A stretch of DNA of 63,481 nucleotides, the filler included, from Octopus bimaculoides (lineage: Eukaryota), in NCBI RefSeq assembly GCF_001194135.2. It is 5 parts of 5 records of this genome, joined end to end, with 100 filler letters (N's around TTAATTAATTAA, not from the genome) between each part and the next. Parts side by side here need not be neighbours in the genome. Positions count along the whole stretch, not along the records: positions 1 to 12,012 come from NC_068997.1; positions 12,113 to 44,001 come from NC_068985.1; 3 more parts are not named here. The stretch is one strand, 5' to 3'. This document shows, piece after piece, positions 11,718 to 23,729 of the stretch. Each line of letters begins with the position of its first letter. The stretch's first letter is position 1. The notes beneath the pieces were generated by a model that had not been told where the DNA came from, searched no databases, and saw only the letters and a list, made by a program, of their open reading frames with translations. A program made the position numbers and the translations under genes.

Positions 11718-12010
11718 TTATTTACATTATATTTGTCTTCATCTTGTTTGTTAACACGTTTTGGCTGATATACCCTCCAACCTTTATCAGGTATCTTGGA
11801 GAAATTTTGAACTTGGGCTCTTATTCCTAAGGTATTTTTCTATGTCATCATCATCATCATCATCATTTTCTTCTTCTTCTTCTTCTTCTTCTTCTTCTTC
11901 TTCTTCTTCTTCTTCTTCTTCTTCTTCTTCTTCTCATTGTTCAGGCTACTGCCTGGAATTGAACTCAGAATCTTGGGATTAGTAGCCCGCACTATGCCAT
12001 ATGCCCGTAA
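11718..12010 (-). mobile_element. Element with tRNA-like head, internal (AAG/GAT)n and Penelope-like tail (degenerate relative of the 3190-3392 arm)
   Basis: 11720-11800 matches the 3190-3301 arm and spacer. The other end reads GGGCTACTAATCCCAAGATTCTGAGTTCAATTCC on the minus strand (B-box-like). Confidence 0.6.
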
Positions 12011-12012
12011 TA

Positions 12013-12112
12013 NNNNNNNNNNNNNNNNNNNNNNNNNNNNNNNNNNNNNNNNNNNNTTAATTAATTAANNNNNNNNNNNNNNNNNNNNNNNNNNNNNNNN
12101 NNNNNNNNNNNN
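12013..12112. other. Artificial scaffold-join linker N44-TTAATTAATTAA-N44
   Basis: An identical 100-nt construct occurs four times. TTAATTAATTAA gives stops in all six frames. Confidence 0.9.
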
Positions 12113-12865
12113 TGTGTGTGTGTGTGCGTGTGCGTGTGCGTGTATATATATATATTTGTATATGTGTAAGTATGTGTGTGCATGCATGTATATGTGGGTG
12201 ACATCTGTTATATGTCCCCTTCAAAATTTTAGCTCACATCACATAAAAAAACTGTAACACTTTTTCTGGTTCTGTTTTATTCAAGCTTATCCTAAAAGAA
12301 ATCAATGAAGGAAAAAACTCCCTTAACATTCACGTAGTACTTGAAAAAATTCTCCAAGTAATACTAGACAAACTCGTAATACCTAGATTCATTTCAGTAA
12401 AAAATGCCTTCTGACTGGAATGGATCCTAATGCAAATAAGAAGATAGAAGTCCGGGTTTATAGGTGTCTAAGTGAAGATATGGTGGTTGGGTGGTTAATA
12501 GTATTTGTCTATGAAATATCTGATCAATAAACTCTAAAATACTCAGGTTATGAGGAAAGTGAATGTGCGAATGATATTAAACACAATACTAGAACACTTG
12601 TCCTCTTTGTAGAGAGAGAGAAGAATATTATTTGAAACCAAATAGAAAGACATTGGGAGACCTGTGAAAAGATCACTGCAATGAGACAGTGAGAAGGAAA
12701 GATTGAGTGAGTTAATGATGTAGTAGATGGAGTAGGGTTGGTGGTGATGGGAGACAACTCCTCCTCCAGAAAACGTTATAACTTTTCATCACTTTTTCTT
12801 TCTGCCTTTTATCACCATTAAAAAACCAAACCTATGTAGTTAAGTGAGGCTTTGCACATCTGGCC

Positions 12866-13696
12866 CAAATCAGGACAATTACCCTCCTAGGACAATTATC
12901 CCCCTAGAACAATTACCCCGCTAGGGCAACCCCCCCCCAACGACAACTACCCCCAAGACAATTACTCCCCCCTGGTTAATTACCCCCTCTCCAATATATT
13001 AAGAAGTTTTAAATTATCATCTAAAAGTGCAAATTATACGCAATTCTTTGCAAATATTGTATCACATTTATGTTTTCATAATTGCTAACTACGGCATTAT
13101 TACAGGATGAAATATTTCTTTCTAGATGGCTGTGTGGCAAAACCCATCAAGCGCACCAGTGTTTAAGAGACTTATAGAGCTACTGGTCTGCAGCTAGCTT
13201 TTTGTTGTTGACGTGTACGTAGTTTCAAAATGCCTTATTTTACAACTATGAGATGTATTGTTATTGTCATGAATTTATCTTACTATAATCAACAACAAAA
13301 ACATTTTGTTAATATAAAAGTCTTTATCAGATTAAAAATAACATTATCAAAACATGAAGGTAAAACAAAACAAATATGCTTTGTTTTCTTCCAGACACCA
13401 ATGTTCTATAGCAGTAGCCTTTCATGTTGTTCACCGACCGACCTTTTCTCTGAAAAAAATCAGTGGAATCATTCGATCTCCATACACTAATTATTTTCCT
13501 CCTGAAACTTATAAAAAATACACACACACTAGGCACACCTTACTCTAAGCCACACACTAAATTTCCCATGATACACATCTGGGGTTAACTGCTTAGGGGT
13601 TATTGTCCTAGTGGGTAATTATCCTCAGGAGTTGTTGTCTTCAGGGGTTGTCCTTGCCGGGGTTATTGTCCATGGGGGTAAATGTCCTAGACTTCC
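12866..13696. mobile_element. MULE-like non-autonomous DNA transposon with subterminal GGACAATTACCCC repeats in inverted orientation
   Basis: 12872-12990 holds 6-7 GGACAA(T/C)TACCCC units. 13578-13692 holds their reverse complements (GGGGTTATTGTCC, GGGTAAATGTCC). A direct repeat TCTGGCC lies at 12859-12865 and 13697-13703. Superfamily assignment is by resemblance. Confidence 0.6.
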
Positions 13697-13819
13697 TCTG
13701 GCCAGCATGTCTAAAGACACATCAAAATTGTCAAGTGCAATAGATAGCGCAAAAACATTGGTGACATTCTGACTAGTTATATGACAGAACCAGGGATATA
13801 TTGCACAACAATATATGTA

Positions 13820-13884
<65 letters not shown>

Positions 13885-13924
13885 AATTCAAATAAACAAA
13901 CATGAATTTTAAAAAATGCAAAAA

Positions 13925-14045
13925 ACGAATGTGAGAACGGGCACAAGTAACGTATTAGCTTTGCACTCGGTGAAAGGAGAACGTTCAACATTTTGAGCAC
14001 AGCTCTTCATCAGAAAGGTGAAAGGGAAAAGTCCAAAGATGGAAA
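13925..14045 (-). mobile_element. Penelope-like terminal repeat fragment with a CpG-decayed hammerhead motif
   Basis: Minus strand reads CTGATGA-A-GAGC-TGT-GCTC-AAAATGTT. Same family as 43760-43960. Confidence 0.5.
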
Positions 14046-14784
14046 AGAAATCACCAATGGCACACATGTAGCTACATTGCTGAAGTGTGTGAGCATATAT
14101 GACAGGCTTCTTTCAGTTTCCATCTGCCAAATCCACTCACAAGGCTTTGGTCAACCCAAGGTTATAGTAGAAGACACTTGCCCAAGCTTACATGCAATGG
14201 GACTGAACCCAGAACCATGTGGTTGGGAAGCAAGTTTCTTACCATACAGTCACACCTGTGCCATATATATATATATGCACACACACACAAACACACACAC
14301 ACACGCATACATATATTAATGTGTGTTTAGAGATATGAATTAGTAATGTAAAAATTATCAAAAGGTATGAGAAGTTTGATGAAATTAAGGTATAAAAATG
14401 AATGTGATACAAAATTATATAAAATATATATATAGTAGACCTAATCTTGTGACTAATAAAAGGAAAACGTAATCAAATTTGTGTTAAATGAAACATATGA
14501 GTCATCATTGAAAAGAAAATGATGCATTATTAAAGTACAAAATTGAATGTATAAAGCATTTTAAAATAATATGGTATAATGTCAAATGATGTAAAAGATG
14601 AAACCATAGGTTTAACAAAGGGAGAATAATAATAAAATTAGTTTTGTGATAAAAGAAGTGTATTTGGGGAGAAGACAGAAGATTGATGGAGTATGATGAA
14701 TATAGAAATACAGGATAAGTTTGAAAAATATTTAGGAAAAATTATGTTAAGGATAATATATATATGTATGGTGGTTTCTACTCC

Positions 14785-15100
14785 TTATGCAGAGTCTGAC
14801 CATCTCTTGTACTTACACCTTAGCACCATCATGGCATCTGATGTAGCTTTTTAAACCAGACAATGTTTTGAAAAGACACCAACATAGATTGCATATCTGA
14901 TTTAGTCCACCAAGAGCTGCAGTTAAGTTCTGATCTTTGTGTATCTTAAAATGTCTTTTGAGACCTCCATTAGATTTGCAGACCTTATGGCATACACAGT
15001 ATTGAAAGGTGTGCACAGGTATATAGGCAGAGTAATTGGTGGAGGTTTGTTTTTCGTGGATCTGCAAATGAGATTTGAGCCCAGTAAAATATATATATGT
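14785..15100 (-). mobile_element. Three degenerate C2H2 zinc fingers, most likely the C-terminus plus 3' end of an RTE/RTEX-type LINE
   Basis: ORF 14813-15109 contains FTGLKSHLQIH, CVCHKVCKSNGGLKRHFKIH and CNLCWCLFKTLSGLKSYIRCH. There are no TGEKPY linkers. A short tail and (TA)n follow, and the 5' end is lost in microsatellite. Confidence 0.55.
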
Positions 15101-15329
15101 ACAACTCATGCATGCTCATGTATGCACACATGCATACTTTCATATATACATGCATATTTCCATATATACACTCCCAACACATAAAAATATAAGGAGCAGA
15201 AATTGTAATAAATCTACAGAAATGTAAAGAGCTTGATAAAATTAGATAACAAGATTAGACCTAAAATAAAATAGTGGATCAAACTTTTGTTTAACAAAAG
15301 GAATATAATCAAGTAATTAGTAGTTTTCA

Positions 15330-15660
15330 TTAGTTGATGGGTGAAAATGCTTGTGTCTTAGATGTGCTTGGCATACAAAATGAGAAGTATTTAAAATTTT
15401 GTTCAGCAGAGCAAATAAAGTTTCCAAGTTTCCAGAGGTGCAAAGATTGCAAAGTTTCTTATTTCTTGAGTATTTTTTTTTTACTCCAATTTTCCCAGCT
15501 CAGGTAAAAGAATGTAGACTTGTTCTTCATCTCCCAAATGTAGAAGTTTAGCAATCCTTGGTCAAGTCTGGGATGTTTTAAATACATGAGAATTAAAGTA
15601 GTATCTTTGTTTGAAATGGTTTAATGCCTTGCTGACACAAGTCTTGGTTGTATGGTCTAC
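15330..15660 (-). mobile_element. Penelope-like element GIY-YIG endonuclease C-terminal remnant (frameshifted)
   Basis: Minus-strand fragments FKQRYY, FYIWEMKNK, NKKLCNLCTSGNL and a terminal RHKHF-like motif, typical of PLE endonuclease tails. Confidence 0.6.
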
Positions 15661-16351
15661 CTGAATTCAGAAGTAGGCAATGTCTTTACTTTTTGAGCAT
15701 ATGGAGCATAATATAGTATTGGGAGAGTTGGATTGTTTTCTTGACCTGTCTGTTTAATATTTATTGAACATAGAAATGCTTGAGTTTGTAATGTTTTAGG
15801 TAAATTCAAGTTGTATATGTGTTGTGTGGTAAAGAGTTACCAAGATTGAAGCTACTAGGTTGTAAGCTAGGTTGCCCTAGCTAATGCTTCTATGTCTGTT
15901 ACATTTTGGAGTTCTAAGTAGAGTATTAACATATAAAGCTGCTTCTAAATAGGGGCTTGTTATAGCTGTCATAACCGTACGCAATTTACCACTGAATATG
16001 CAGAGAGAATATAGCAAAGTGATTTCAAGAGTTCTTGCCCTTGGAATATGAATTTCTTTTTATAATCACAACTTTTTTTTTCTCAGATTTTTTTCAAGAT
16101 TACATTAGACAGCAATCTACAATCTTGAATTTTAATTTGTTTTCAACTAAGTCTAATAATTATATTCAGTACCATGCCATGAAGCTCACAAACCTGAAGC
16201 AGGTTTGGCTCATTACATGAAGTCATCCATGGTCTGCATATTGCATTGTATTTCACTTACTGCAACATATTGTGTTACACTCACTTCAACTAAATATTGA
16301 GTTTTGATACCCATTGCTTGTTGATGTATATAACAATATGTATTTGAGAGT

Positions 16352-16388
<37 letters not shown>

Positions 16389-16778
16389 ATCAGTGTATCA
16401 TATATATCTGAAAAAGAAGCACACTCTAAAGCACTCTATATAGAGTAGAAGACATATGCCCAAGGTGTCACTCTGTGGGACTGAGCCTAGAACCATGTAG
16501 CTGGGAAGCAAATTTCTTACCACAAAGCAATACCTGTATCTATCTATCTATATATATATATATATATATACATTTCAAGAACACACACGAAAACAAAAAT
16601 TGTCACTGAAGAGGTTATAGATGTGTGATGAAAGATTTCCAGACAATGCACATGAGTTAAAATAATAAAATAAGAACAATAATAAACAAGTGAAGGAAAA
16701 CATATATAGTGCATCTGTTTATTTGGCAAAAAAAAAAAAAAGAAAATGACCATCCCATAATAAAACTATATATATATA

Positions 16779-17145
16779 TCATCATCATCCTTGTTTAACG
16801 TCCGCTTTCCATGCTAGCATCAGTTGGATGATTTGACTGAGGACCGGCGAACCAGATGGCTACATCAGGCTCCAATCTGATCTGGCAGTGTTTTTACAGC
16901 TGGACGCCCTTCCTAACGCCAACCACTCGGAGAGTGTAGTGGGTGCTTTTATGAGCCACCGGCATGAGGGCCAGTCAGGCGGTACTGGCAACGGCTACAC
17001 TCAAATGATGTTTTTTACATGCCACCTGCACAGGAGCCAGTCCAACGGCACTGGCAACAACCTCGCTCGACTGTTTTTTTTTTCATACCACTGGCATAAG
17101 TGCCAGTAAGGCAACGCTGGTAACAATCACACTCAAATGGTGCTT
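16779..17145 (-). mobile_element. RTE 3' UTR (family D) copy
   Basis: Reverse complement of the 10530-11110 tail, with hairpin repeat units. Confidence 0.8.
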
Positions 17146-17148
17146 TTA

Positions 17149-17209
<61 letters not shown>

Positions 17210-17329
17210 NNNNNNNNNNNNNNNNNNNNNNNNNNNNNNNNNNNNNNNNNNNNNNNNNNNNNNNNNNNNNNNNNNNNNNNNNNNNNNNNNNNNNNNNNNN
17301 NNNNNNNNNTATTGAACCTCATGAAGGTG

Positions 17330-17765
17330 AGGTGACTGAGTTCCTTCAGAGCATTGGGCCTCATGGAGGCAAAGTAGCTGAGTTCCTTTTGAGCATTGGT
17401 CCTCACAGAGGCAATGACCAAGACCTTTGGCATTATGTTGTGCTTGAGAAGAAGACCCATCAAGCCAAGTAAAATCATAGTTGTAGCAGATACCAGTGTT
17501 GCACAAATTGATACCTGTGCCGGTGGCATGTAAACACATCCTGGTGTCACGCAAGTGGCACCTGTGCCTGTGGCATGTAAAAGCACCCATTACACTCCCG
17601 GAGTGATTGGCGTTAGGAAGGGCATCCAGCTGTGAAAAAACCATGCCAAATCAGACTGGAGCTTGGTGCAGCAATCCAGCTTTCCAGCCCTGGTCAAATC
17701 GTCCAACCCATGCTAGCATGGACAATGGATGTTAAATGATGAAGATAATGATGATGATGATGATA
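17330..17765 (+). mobile_element. RTE LINE 3' end: ORF C-terminus (NDQDLWHYVVLEKKTHQAK*) plus 3' UTR and (GAT)n tail
   Basis: RTE-type D-x-x-W terminal motif, a 42-nt internal triplication (17337-17410) and the family D tail. Confidence 0.75.
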
Positions 17766-17869
17766 TATATATTTGATGCAGGTATGTAATTATACACATT
17801 TGAATACACACACACACACATACACATAAATATGCATTGAAATATCTATGAAATTTTTACTTTAATAAA

Positions 17870-18127
17870 AATGATGTTGATGATGTGTATTTTGATGTAC
17901 CTTACAATGACGATGATGACGACGATGGCAATCAGGACAATGATGACAGTGATTAAGAAGACAACAGCAACAACAATAACAATGAAAACGATGATGACAA
18001 TGACGTCAGTCATTGGCATTCTGGTGATAATCATGATAACGAGGTCATATTCTGATAATGACCACAATCAGGATAACCATGCTGATGATTACGACAGTGA
18101 CGACGACGATGATGACGATAACAACGG

Positions 18128-18163
<36 letters not shown>

Positions 18164-21100
18164 CAACAACGATGACAACGATGATAATGATAAAAATGAC
18201 GATGACACAAAAAAAAATGCAGTAGTAACAGTGGCAGCAGTATTGGTTAGAAAATTGCTGATGGTGGTAGTGGTGGTAACAGTGGTTGTGTTAGTGGTGA
18301 TGGTGGTGGTGGTGGTGATGATGCTGATGATGATGATGATGATGATGATGGGGAAGAGGAGGAATAGGAGAAAATGAAATAAGGTGTAGGTGGAAGATGC
18401 TATCATTAATCTCCTTTCTTGAAATTTGCATACTAATGAAGCATTGAAATAATAGCACCATCTTGCACTGTCAATGTGCAACAGTAGTTGGCTGCACTCT
18501 AACAAATAAAACAAAAAAACTAACAAAAAAAAAGGAGAGAGAGAGAAAAGAAAGAAAAGAAAAGAGATTAAATTAAATTTAAAATAACAATAACAACAAT
18601 AACAACAACGAAAACAACAACACAAGCACTTATGCCAACAACAACAGCAACTATGAAACTAACACCACAAACACCACCGCCTTCTCCCACACCACCAATA
18701 TTACCAATAGCACTAACACCAATAACAACAATAATGACAACAACAGCAGCAGCAGCAGCAACTGCAACTTATGTCTTTTACTAATGCAGGTGGCATTGCT
18801 GCAGAATTAGATTTTTGCCGCAAAGCACCTCACCTTTCCTCTTTGCTACCATTTCTTTGCTGCCGCCTTCTCTGCCACTGACAACCCCCATCCCCACCCC
18901 GCTCTCCACCTTCCTGCCCACCTCTTCTACACACTGTTTTGTTTGTTTGTGTCTTTTTTTTTTTATCACTATAGCCATCGCAACAACACTACAACCACCA
19001 CCGCCACAGCCNNNNNNNNNNNNNNNNNNNNNNNNNNNNNNNNNNNNNNNNNNNNNNNNNNNNNNNNNNNNNNNNNNNNNNNNNNNNNNNNNNNNNNNNN
19101 NNNNNNNNNNNNNNNNNNNNNNNNNNNNNNNNNNNNNNNNNNNNNNNNNNNNNNNNNNNNNNNNNNNNNNNNNNNNNNNNNNNNNNNNNNNNNNNNNNNN
19201 NNNNNNNNNNNNNNNNNNNNNNNNNNNNNNNNNNNNNNNNNNNNNNNNNNNNNNNNNNNNNNNNNNNNNNNNNNNNNNNNNNNNNNNNNNNNNNNNNNNN
19301 NNNNNNNNNNNNNNNNNNNNNNNNNNNNNNNNNNNNNNNNNNNNNNNNNNNNNNNNNNNNNNNNNNNNNNNNNNNNNNNNNNNNNNNNNNNNNNNNNNNN
19401 NNNNNNNNNNNNNNNNNNNNNNNNNNNNNNNNNNNNNNNNNNNNNNNNNNNNNNNNNNNNNNNNNNNNNNNNNNNNNNNNNNNTATCTTTACCATTACCA
19501 TCATCATTAACAACAGCAATAGTACAACCACCATCATCAACATCAGCATCATCATCATCAACACTATCATCAGCTACAAGAACACTACAACGATCTCTAC
19601 CACCAACATACCTTCGCCTTCAACATCAGCAACACCACTGCTAAAGCTGCCACCACCACCACCACTGCCACCATCATCACCAAAACCATTTCTGCCATCG
19701 ACACCTGACTGCCACCTGTAGCATTTATTAAAGCTACCCTATCTACTTACCTACTTACAACCACTCTCTATGTGGTCAGTCAACTTGGCCTGAAATAACA
19801 GTCAAATCTCTCTCAACTCATACTCTGCCTTCCCGCAAAACAAGTCCCATTGTTGGTTCACATCATCCCGGGTCTATCCTATACATAGGGAAAAACAAAG
19901 ACAAGATGGTCATTAGTAGGATATCTAATGACCATATGTTGGCTCAGTTGGTGCTGACCTTGGGCTAAACGAAAACAACTAGTTGTCGACATGGAGCAAC
20001 ATATTACATTTAAATGAAAATGAGTGTCCCAACCACCACCACCACCACCACCACTAACTACCACTAACTACCATTCACTATCATCATCATCATCATCAAC
20101 TGCTCCACAACTGCCATTATGACCACTGTTTTATACTATTCTGGCCATCAACAGTAACACCACCACCACCATCACCACCACTACCAACACCACCACCACC
20201 ACCACCACTACTAACACCAACACCACCACTGTCATCATTGTGAGAGCTTTTATGTGGTTGCTTGACCTACAAGAAATAACCGCCAAATTTCTCTCAAATT
20301 ATTATCTCACCATTATCAAAAGAAAAAAGAGAATATATTGAGTAATTTGGCTCTGCGTTCCTAGTGTGTAACAAAAAAAATTGGATAATCATGGCTGGAA
20401 TGCCATTGATCATAGGTCTGTTCTACTCAGTCAAGGCTGACCTGGGGCTAAACATTTCAACGGCCTCAACCACCCCTCATCAACATTTTCTCCTACCATC
20501 ACCACCACCGCCACCATCACGGCCACTACATCAAGCGATGTGATCATTCCCACCACCACCACCACCACCACCACCACTAACAACCATTGCCATCACCAAC
20601 AATGACACCACCATCTCCATCACCACCACCAACACCACCACCACCATATCGAGCAATATGATTCCCCCCCCCACCATGCCATCAATAACATCACTGCCAT
20701 CTCCGTCACCAACACCACCCTCAACACCACCGCCATCAGCATCAATATCATTATCACCCACATCATCACTATCACCATCACCACTACCACCACCGTCATC
20801 AATACCAGCAATAATGACATCACCACCACCATCCCCATCATCAATGCTACCACCACCATCATGACGACAGTTGTTTAGTTACCACCCTAGTATTTTTTGA
20901 TCAAGCTCTGCTGAACTGAAAAGAAGGTGGAGCCACTTGGACAGAATTGGCTGTAATTTGCATAAAATTTTATTTTGTTTTATTTATTTGTAGTGTTGTT
21001 TTTTTTTTAATTTTTTTTTTATTTCTTTGTTTTCTGAATATTTTGGTATATTTTTTTTTTATATTTTTGGTTTTTGAAAGAAAAAGTAACAAGCCTGAAA

Positions 21101-21510
21101 TTTAATTTAATTTAATATAATTTTATTTAATTTAATTTCAAGAAGGTGGGGTAATATTAATTATGATGATGATGATGATGATATTGATGATGATGATGAG
21201 GATTATGTTGATGATGAGAAAGAGAGCTGGGTTGAAACAGAAGGGAGGGGGAAGAGGAGGCAGAGAAGGAGGAGCTGTATAATGTGAATTGGAAACAGTT
21301 GTGTAAAACAAAACAACAAACACACTCTGCATCATTCCCGATGCTGATGTTGTTACTACTACTACTACTAATAATAATAATAATTAGCTACGGATACTAT
21401 TACAACAAATACTTTCGTAGTGCTACTGTTGTTACTACTAATGCTACAACTACTATTTTTACAACTGATACTACTCCTACTACTAATAATAATAACAACA
21501 CTAATAATAA
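17870..21510. repeat. Dense compound trinucleotide region ((GAT/GGT)n, then (CAC/CAT/CAA)n, then (GAT/TAC/AAT)n)
   Basis: Directly visible. It generates the poly-M/V/T/H ORFs in the track. Confidence 0.9.
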
Positions 21511-21530
21511 GAATTCTTTCTACTATAGGT

Positions 21531-21857
21531 TTATTTATTTTTATGTGCCCTTTTAAAGCCTAGCCAGTCTCATGGGCCCAGCTTCCTGGTTTCTATAGCG
21601 TATGTGTGTGTGTGTCCCCCCCCCAGCTGGACGGGACGCCAGTCCATCTTAGCGTTACTCAAGAAACAGGAAGAAAGAGTGAGAGAAAGTTGGGGCGAAA
21701 AAGTACAACAGGGCTCGCCACCACCCCCTGCTGGAGCCTCGTGGAGCTTTAGGTGTTTTCGCTCAATAAACACACACAACACCCGGTCTGGGAACCGAAA
21801 CCGCAATACTCCAGCCGCAAGTCCACTGCCCTAACCACTGAGCCATTGTGCCTCCAC
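21531..21857 (-). mobile_element. SINE with family A head and V-domain-like tail, bounded by a perfect 12-bp TSD
   Basis: TCTACTATAGGT at 21519-21530 and 21858-21869. The head matches the 29092 copy, while the 3' part (GGACTGGCGTCCCGTCCAGC) differs from family A. Confidence 0.85.
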
Positions 21858-22091
21858 TCTACTATAGGTACANNNNNNNNNNNNNNNNNNNNNNNNNNNN
21901 NNNNNNNNNNNNNNNNNNNNNNNNNNNNNNNNNNTATTTTTATTGACCCCCACCACCACCACCACCACCACCAAAAAAAATGAAGGGCAATGGTGACCTT
22001 GACGGAATTTGAATTCAGAATGTAAAGAGCTGGAAGAAAGGCTGCCAAGCATTTTTGTCTGGTGTGCAAACAATTCTGCTAGCTGACTGCC

Positions 22092-22320
22092 TTAACCCTT
22101 TTTTTGCCATATTTATTTTGAGATTTTCTGTGTTTCTTTCAATTAATATTAAATATAAAAAAGAATTTAGTAAAATAATTTAGTTCTCATTAAGCTAGTG
22201 TTAGGAACACAAATTGTGACTAAGGTTTGGTGGAAGATCTTAATTCAAAACTTATGAAAACAAGATATTTGTACTACAGAGCTAAAGGCAGTTTCAGTCA
22301 GGTTGGTATCAAAGGCTTAA
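22092..22320. mobile_element. TTAA-flanked MITE (piggyBac/Kolobok-like non-autonomous)
   Basis: TTAACCCTTT...GGTATCAAAGGCTTAA ends. An opposite-orientation copy lies at 25510-25739. Confidence 0.65.
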
Positions 22321-22366
22321 TAATATTAATAATGATGATGATGACGATGATGAGGAGGATAAAAGC

Positions 22367-23290
22367 CCTGATGCAATACCAGGTAGTGGCTTCCATGGTT
22401 TCTGATCTTAACTGACTGGAAATGTTGTCATGTACATTGTTTTGTCTTGGTATAAAAGAGGACTACAGCAAATATTCTGCTCAATACTACAGATTTGCTT
22501 GTCAGTTGCTTGACCTCAACCAATTGAGCATGTCTTTTAGTGACTGACGATTTGTGCATCTCTGATTGCAAGCACAAGTAGTGGGGGAATATCATAGCCA
22601 TGTATTGAGAGGAATTCTTTGGCGTTTGAATACTTCACCTCTGGAAACATGAGTGTTTTGCTCAACATCTGTAACCCTTATTGAGGCACCTTTTGAGCTG
22701 GATGGGCTACTTGACCTGAAAAAAATTCTAACTGGCCCCACCTGCAAGATCATGTGCTGTTTATCTTGATATGAGGTCACCATATCACACACATATGGTT
22801 ATGATGTATGTCCCTGAATTACTCTTATCAGACAAGTTGTCATGATGGGCATTTTGAGCTTCTTACATTTGCACCTCTGCATCATGACCTTACAGATGGG
22901 GTCCAGTTAGAATTTTCTCTAGGTTGAGTAGCATTTTCCCACTTAAAATGGCTCTGAATAGGATTTGTTTAAGGATGATAAACAAAACACCTATGTTTCC
23001 AAAGGTGAATTATCCAAACCCCAAAGAATTCCTCTCAACACATGGCTATGATCCCCACACCTCCCACTACTCCTGTTCATGAAAAGAAATGCACATATCA
23101 TCAGCTAACTAAGGGACATGCTCAACTGGTTAAGGTCAAGCAGCTGACAAGCAAATCTGTGGTATTGAGCAGAATATTTGCTGTAGCCTATATTTTATAT
23201 CAAGACAAAACATGTACATGACAAGACAACACTCCCAATCAGTTAAGATCAGAAGCCATGAGAGCCGTTGCCTGGTACTGCATAAGGGCA
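22367..23290. mobile_element. Two family E copies in inverted orientation (22367-22860 +, 22885-23290 -)
   Basis: The second copy is the reverse complement of 22367-22760 (e.g. CAGCAAATATTCTGCTCAATAC versus GTATTGAGCAGAATATTTGCTG). Confidence 0.85.
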
Positions 23291-23334
23291 TTTATTATTT
23301 TTTTTATTCTTCTTCTTATTATTATTATTAGTTT

Positions 23335-23715
23335 TCTTCTTTCAATTCTGTTTCCATTTCTTGCCGAGTGTCTTCCTGACACCTAGGGCAAAGAAACTAA
23401 CTGTACATATTGGTAGGCCATTAAAATAAGCTCATCAGATTGTTCATTTGCAAAGTTTAGTGAAAGAAAAAAAAACAAAAGAGAAAACAAAGAAAATCAT
23501 TTACATAGAATGTAATCCTTCTCACAGCACCAATACCCTTCTCATTATGTGTAACGTACCAGTTTAAATAATCTTTTGCTCTTCTTGCATGGATGGTAAG
23601 ACAGGGATCATTCTCAAATAATCTTCAGTTCCTTTTTGATCATTCCTAATGCTCCTACTATCACTGGTATTGTAACTGCTTTGAGGTGTACATTTAAAAA
23701 ATTTCAATGAGAAAA
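23335..23715 (-). mobile_element. R4/Dong-clade RLE LINE 3' end
   Basis: Minus translation VTIPVIVGALGMIKKGTEDYLRMIPVLPSMQEEQKII*TGTLHIMRRVL, then a 3' UTR with CCTAGG...TCGG and (TAA)n. Confidence 0.75.
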
Positions 23716-23729
23716 TTTTTGTATTCTCT

